A DNA stretch of 64,000 bases, taken from Adineta vaga. Lineage: Eukaryota > Animalia > Rotifera. The position numbers and the translations under genes are program-made. Below the pieces are notes generated by a model, which did no database searches, had not been told where the DNA came from, and was given only the letters and a program-made list of their open reading frames with translations. Of the stretch, positions 57,330 to 64,000 are shown one piece after another. Each line of letters opens with the position of its first letter. Position 1 is the first letter of the stretch. The DNA lies in contig CP075492.1 in assembly GCA_021613535.1 (NCBI GenBank), positions 10,478,001 to 10,542,000 of the forward strand. Reading direction: 5' to 3'.

Positions 57330-58355
57330 AAATACTTAATATTAATCTCAGTCTATTTTATGTTTTGTATTCAAAAATAAAGATCAATATATTGAATATA
57401 CCACAAATGTAGAAAAAGAAATAATCTTCGAATTCGAATAGATGATGATATTCTATCTGTAGGAAAGATTATATATCTTCTCAAAGACAAATAAATACTT
57501 ATTCATAGAAGATACATTGATACTCGTTTTTCGATGGTGATAATCGTGAATGAGAACTATACATATATTGCATCAATATTGATGATCAAGGTGAAAGATT
57601 CACATTACTTCAGATTATTTGAAATTTTGTTTTCCGTCGAAGAAATATGATATGACTAAGATACTTCTAGAAGTACCATATCCGAAAGTTGAATTCAGCT
57701 ATTTATTTCTGACAACTTGACCTTATCAAATTAGTTTCTTAATGCCATCATATCGATGAGACATCTTGATATTTTCAAACAGTCCTTGTGTTCTACAAGT
57801 TTTGTCGATTTTGAAATATATAATTGAATTCAATTACATTTCAGCGACATCTTCTAAAGACAAGACTATATACTCCCTTCATATATCGATACTTTGAACC
57901 AATCAAACATCATGTTTTCGTTTGCTAGCTAGCTAGAGATGAAATGAAAATAACTAAATAGGTACTCGTGACATGAATGACCTAACCAAAACAGATTCTT
58001 TATTCTCACATTAGTTATATCATACTTGTAGAAAAATGGACTCGCTGCAAATCGTAAATACTATAACTGGAAGAAACTGACGAATTGTCGACAATATAAC
58101 GCAAAAATCAGTCAGAAGATACTTCCATATAATCGCTTTTCAACCAACAGAATTATAAATCTATCGTTTTTTCAAACAATTGTCGAGTTCAAATGTATAT
58201 TTCACGATTGTGATAATAATCACTATAATTTATTAATAATCTAATTCATAACATCTAAAATTCCTTTATTTTAGTATTACTTAAACAAAACACGTATTGA
58301 TAGATATTAAAAGTACATATACTTTCTATTTTATTGATGTGAAATCTATTATATA

Positions 58356-60042
58356 ATGACATCATTGTTAACGAATGAAGATTATTTAATTATATCTCGT
58401 CTTTTATCATTTTTTTCTTCATCCTACGGTCCTGATGGTCGTTTAAAATTAATTCAAACACTCGATCATTCTATGAGTATTTGCACATCCATAAGTAGTC
58501 GAATACAACATCAGATGAAATGTCGATATCTTATCTCACGTCTATTATCATCTGCTATACAAAAACAAACATCGATGTACTGTGACGGTGGTCTTTACTT
58601 TAGTATCATATTCTGTAGTTGTCTTAAACAATTTCATGAGATAACAATTGAATCGAATAAGAAACGTCTATTACTATTCGAACAATGTTTAGATTTACTT
58701 GATCAGATAAATCTTCCAATAGAAACAATTACATTCAATTCGATTGATCAATTGATGGCTATTGTTCGATCAATTCTTTGTAAACCATTGATCTACAATC
58801 ATTCCAATCTATTAAGAGAACAACTATGTCTACTCTCAGTAAAAGCATTTCTTGAGAATGTTACAATGACAAATTCGTCATTGCAACAACTTGTTTTAAC
58901 TATCGAAGGTATACCTACGGAAGAATCAACTTTATTCGATGGTTTACTTTATCAAACATCATCCTTATATCCATCACTATGTTCTAAAATAACTCGTTCT
59001 TGTCTTTATTTTACTATATCTCTTGCTGGAGATTATACAATCGATAATGTTGATCATACTGAAACGGAAACACAAATGTTTCAATGGATTCAGAATTCGG
59101 CCGATCAAATATCCAAACAAATTATTGATTATACTTGTTTGCATCATGGTGGATTAATTCTTTGTCAAAAAGTGATACATCCTTCTGTTAAAATCAAATT
59201 GAAACAATTTGGTATCAATACTATTGATCGACTTGGTCGACAATATACATCTTATCTTTGTTATTTAACCAGTAAGAGAAAATCACATTTAACAGTGATA
59301 AATTAAAAGAAAAGATTGATTTAGGTTGTCAACCGATTGAGACATTGACTTTTAATACACTTGATGAACGATATTTTGGTCAGCTAACAGAAATCCAACA
59401 GATTCAAATTGGAAATAAACAATTTCTTCAATTTTTCAATCAAAATCGTCCATTTCATACACTTCTACTTTGTACAAATACAGAACAATCATTACTTGAA
59501 CTCAAAGTAAATGATTATGTCTCTCGATTTCTTATCTTAACTTATTTTTCACATAGGAATGTATGAATTCTAGTCATCATAGTCTAATGAATATTTTCCA
59601 AACAAAACAAACATTATATGGTGGTGGTTGTTCTGAAAGTATGCAAATCTTCTATTTAAAAACTCAAGAAAATGATATTGCTGTACAGTATTTAATAAAT
59701 ATTATTCGAAATGTTCTTCGTGCTCAATCGAATCAAGATTATGTGATTGATCGTGTTCATGGTCATCTTTGGTATTTGTCAGATAATGAGGAAATTAGTG
59801 AAAAATGTGCATGTGAATTATATAAAGCAACAGATCGTTTCATTCAAAACGAATGGAAGAATTTGACATTCAATGTAAATGATAATGCAAAACGGGAGGT
59901 GAAAGTGAATGATTGTATTAGTGAATATTTTATTCGAGAGAAATGTCCAAGATATCTCGATAATTTTCAGATGAGAAGTCATGCTTTTCGAACAGCGATT
60001 GAAACTGCAATGAATCTTCATGTAACTAGTATTTATTTATAA
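58356..60042 (+). CDS. MKKS: McKusick-Kaufman/BBS6 chaperonin-like protein (3 exons)
   Basis: SSYGPDGRLKL, DGGLYF, CQKVIHPSVK..L, IDRLG, GGGCSE. Confidence 0.85.
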
Positions 60043-60089
60043 TCTTTGTTCTAGATTAACATATTTTTGTTTGTAATTGTTCATCGGCT

Positions 60090-61231
60090 ATGCCACAGGT
60101 AGAAATTTGGTTTTTAATCATTGATATAAAAAAAAAGAAATTTTATTCTTTTCATCAAGGCAATTATCGAGCGATCGATCAGTCAATATGATGATATTCC
60201 AAGTGCACGTAAGCTGTTATTGTTGAAAGAATAAGAGGGAGAAGATGTGATTTGAATAGGAAGTAGTCATACGTTAACTGGAATCGATCATCATTTATAT
60301 GTATTTGGTGGTGAACATGAACCACGTGTACCAATTGACAATGATATTTGGCAATTTAGTATATTGGATAATCATTGGAAACGTTTATTAGTTCATAGGG
60401 GTGAACGTCCAGAATCCAGAGTTGGTCATGCAGCTACTGCTGTTGAACATAAGTAAATCTTTATGCTATTAGTTATAGAAATCAACTAACTATTCTCTTA
60501 GATTATTTATTTTCGGTGGTCGTCTCTCTGCAGATATGAAAGATGATACATTGGATGAATTGTATTCATTTGATATTGATTTACAAGAATGGACAAAATA
60601 TACAAAAACTTCCGATGCTGAACCCTGGCCACCAAAACGAAGTTATCATTCGATGGTCAGTAGTGCCGATCAATTATTTGTGTTTGGTGGCTGTGGTGAA
60701 GAAGGTCGTTTGAATGATTTATGGCAATTTGATACATGCGACAAACAATGGAGACAACTATCAACACCTGATCCTAAACAACTTGTTCCACGTGGTGGTT
60801 GTGGATTCGTTTACTTTAATAATGCACTTTGGGTATTTGGTGGTTTTTGTGGTCACGAATTAGATGATATAGCTAGTTTTGATTTAGTAACACAATCATG
60901 GACATATTTAGAAAATGCAAAAATTTCGCCACGTAGTGTTTTTGCTTATGGATGTTTAAATGGTGTTTTAATTGGACATGGTGGCGAACAAGATCCATCT
61001 GATTTAGGACATGCGGGTGCCGGTGAATTTGCTAATGATGTTATTCTCATTCAACCGACGACAGAAAATGGCGATCGTGTACAAGTTCAACGACTTGAAT
61101 TTAGTAAACCAATTGGAGGAAATCGAGGTTGGCATGCAGGTGCGACAATCAAAAACACCTTCTATATTTTCGGTGGAAATACATCAGAAAATAAACGTGA
61201 TAATTCTTTACTTGCAATTGAATTTCAATAA
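60090..61231 (+). CDS. Kelch-repeat beta-propeller, nitrile-specifier-protein-like (4 exons)
   Basis: PSARSSH...YVFGGEHEPRVPIDND, RSYHSM..VFGGC...RLNDL, PRGG, PRSVFA, HGGEQDPSDLGHAGAG, RGWHA. Confidence 0.8.
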
Positions 61232-61489
61232 TCTCCTTTGTTTTTTGTCATGATGATGATTTGTAAAGCTATTAACCAAGCGAAAATTTATAACAGTGAG
61301 AGTTAACTAAGTCCTTTCTTTTTATATTTATGATTTCTTAAATAAAAAGAACTGGATTTTTTTGTGTTAAAAGTTCTTATCATATGCTACAGTATTAATC
61401 ATTTTGTTAAAAGTTTGGAGTTTTATCCAAGAAAATCCAATTAAAAATAAATAATCAATATGAAATATTTGATAATCATCATTTTTTCC

Positions 61490-62393
61490 AGAATGTGTTC
61501 CACATTGGCGTTGTTTATCTGCTTATACACGTCGTTCATATTCAAGTAATGCTTTGTGTGATTATAAATTATTAACAACAAATCAAATCAATTTATGTTG
61601 TTCATTAGAACCTTTGGTAACTGTATGAATTGATACAATAAATGATAAAATAGAAGAAGAATCTCGTTATGAATATTCACGTTGTTTTGTTGATTATGAT
61701 CGAAAAAATCTTGTTGAATCTATTCATTCATCATTTGACCAAATTCTTGTTTGTCGTAAAACTTTAGTTGATTCTTTGGAATTGTTTAAATGGACAATTT
61801 ATTAAATAATTTCCATGGCATCTTCATGCTTTCGATAAAAATCCAAGATCACCATTTGTTTACGTCTACACGTTTCCTTTCTTTATTTTTATTTTGAAAA
61901 AATCAACAAGAAAAAGTTGTACGTGTTAAAGATTCATTACAAAAATTATCATCAGTTTAATGGAGAACAGAACATGATGGAAAAATGTTTATGGCCACAT
62001 GATCAATGACCTGAACGTGATTTAGTTAATTACTCACCATATAAATTATATGAAGCACCAAATACAGTTCGTTGGTATTGTGTACCTGAATCATAGTTTA
62101 AATTTTTCTACGAAAAAACTGTTGTTACGGAACCATATATGTTCTTGTATGGTTTACGTATTTATGGATTTAGTAAAGAACTTATTATTTTGGTTGCAGC
62201 TGTTATAACTGTTGTTAAAACGTAAATCATCATTTTAATTTGTTATTTCAATTGAAAGAGATTGATTTGCATTTTAGACTTAGTCCAACAGTTGGTGAGG
62301 TTTTTAGAGGTTGCCATCAAAAAGAAGTTGATCGATATTCATCAGTGGTTAATAATTCAAAAGCAATGACTGGAAAAATATTACATCAATAAT
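61490..62393 (+). pseudogene. Decayed multi-exon gene of unknown family
   Basis: Coding-like codon runs and GT-AG introns, with in-frame TGA/TAG (about 62007, 62094) and a frameshift near 61800. Confidence 0.45.
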
Positions 62394-62952
62394 CGAAATG
62401 GTTTTTTAAAAATCCATATTATTGACATCGTATTAACAAAACATATCATCATAAATATATATTGTAAGGGAGATAATGTATTATTGTAATATTGTTTAAT
62501 AGGCTTATTATTTTCCAACAGATGAAGTGTTATATAATCAAAATTTAAATCACAAATTAAAGACCAACATTGCTGACAAACTGAATCATATTTATTGAGA
62601 TTATTCTTAGAGATTTGTTTTAGTTCATATACTTTTTGTTCCAGTATTTTCAATGAAATAAGTTTGTCTTGAATAAATATTTTTCATCATAGGAATAGAT
62701 GTAGAAAACATCGAATAATAAATCAAAATTAATGTTATACTAATGATTAATAATATCCATTGAGGTTGATTCAATAAATAATCAAGAGGTTGTGATCGCT
62801 TAAAAAATAAATCAAAATAATTAATTATCAATAGATAACTTTGTTTTACTAAATAAAAAAAGATTTTATTCTCTTACCACCATTTTGTTAAACACTTTTT
62901 TTTCTATTTTCTTATGTAAATTTTCATTTGCAGCATCTGTATAAGATGACAT
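62381..62952 (-). pseudogene. Small membrane-protein gene with apparent frameshift
   Basis: Exon 1 MSSYTDAANE...|GTAAG; ORFs 62625-62831 and 62381-62653 overlap in different frames. Confidence 0.35.
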
Positions 62953-62971
62953 AATGAGAAAAAAATAATAT

Positions 62972-63877
62972 CTAGAAGAAGAAAAAGAAGAATGAAATGA
63001 AAAAGAACTTTTTATCAGGTTTTTCTTTATCAACTAGTTTTAAACAAACAATGATAATTTCTATAATTAATGTATGTACACATTTGAATAACACACATGC
63101 TGATAGAATAATCACCATTGAATCGAAATACAAAGTTTGTTGTTGATTACTGTTACCCATGTCGAACAATACGATCCGTATACTGACTGTAATAACAGGC
63201 GCAGTAATACGGTCCGTTTTGAATCGGTACATAGCAGAAAAGTAACTGTTTTGAAGGAAAATACAGTCGGTTTTCGAGGCCGTAAAAGTGCGCCCGTGAT
63301 TACAGGCCGAAACGGTCTATTTACTGCCGTAAAGGTACCATTTTATCACAGTTCACGTTCCGAAAACACACTGTATACGGCTCCGTTTTGATCAACCTGG
63401 GTATAAATGGATCCAAAAAGCATCGTTGATGTAATTGTTGTAATAATGGTGATAAATTTTGGACCACCGAAAATGAAAAATAGAACCAAAATGTTTAAAA
63501 TATTTAAGATATTATATAAACATTTTGCGTATTCAGTTACATTTGTTATCAGTGCGTTTGTGTCATGAGTTTCAAGTACCTGTTTAATTTTCAAATCAGT
63601 TGAATCATCAAAAGTTGCTTGACCTAATTTGACTCTTAGAATGGATGATGCTTCAACTGATACGAATACAATAAATGAACCATAGAATATTAATAACAAT
63701 AAAATTAATATGAATAAATGCTCTTTGCTGATGTACTTTCTTAAATGTTGAGCAACTGGAGTCTAAAAAAGCAAGACTATTCGAGTAGTGTAAAAATCGT
63801 TAATTCGATTCGAGTATTGAACTTCTTCTTCAACTTCTAAAGTTTCAGTTAAGAATTTGATTACTCGAATTTTAACC
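62972..63877 (-). pseudogene. Membrane-protein exon disrupted by a MITE and an in-frame TAG
   Basis: Removing the MITE plus one TA joins ORFs 63346-63699 and 62972-63232 in frame (GSIY-NSNQQQ); in-frame TAG near 63763. Confidence 0.55.
63156..63401. mobile_element. MITE (246 bp, imperfect ~30-bp TIRs, TA target-site duplication)
   Basis: Left end CCCATGTCGAACAATACG-ATCCGTATAC vs reverse complement of right end CCCAGGTTGATCAAAACGGAGCCGTATAC; TA at 63154-55 and 63402-03; GC-richer than the flanks. Confidence 0.85.
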
Positions 63878-64000
63878 TATTGAATAGCATAGGTATCCTA
63901 ACATATGGCATCGTCGACTATTTTAAATGTGCATTTAAGTTATATGGTGTAAATGCTTTGCAGACCGTTATCAATCGATGTCTCTCCCGCTGAGAACGCT

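Noticed and set aside
57400-58300. Possible degenerate coding or TE sequence between TMA7 and MKKS
   Set aside because: No sustained frame or terminal repeats found
61990-62100. In-frame TGA as a possible second selenoprotein
   Set aside because: A TAG and a frameshift occur in the same region and no SECIS was seen; decay is the better explanation

Overview
Eukaryotic, AT-rich, gene-dense genomic DNA with many short (~50-70 nt) GT-AG introns. Gene content and style are consistent with a bdelloid rotifer (inference; not provable here). About 30 protein-coding genes: UFL1, alpha-catulin, eIF2B-beta, DUF488, PP1 inhibitor-2, Emi1/2, RMND5, selenophosphate synthetase, an SH3 protein, two class A GPCRs, a Ras-like GTPase, a CH-domain protein, SMIM14, C1GALT1-like, PINCH, erlin, mtRF1a, CMIP, ATP synthase c, a MEI4-like gene, a Gly/Gln/Tyr repeat protein, GNAT, UBL-UBA, PIG3-type quinone reductase, CD2AP/CIN85, PP1-beta, TMA7, MKKS and an NSP-like kelch protein, followed by a decayed gene cluster with a MITE. 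Main findings: (1) the SPS gene has an in-frame UGA followed by a GC-rich array of four hairpins, plus a SECIS element in the 3' UTR; (2) several same-strand gene pairs are only 27-165 nt apart, with an unpaired splice acceptor and often AATAAA 22-37 nt before it, suggesting operons resolved by trans-splicing; (3) an intact MEI4-like meiotic double-strand-break gene; (4) several horizontal-transfer candidates. All gene calls rest on motif recall and manual splicing, not database searches.
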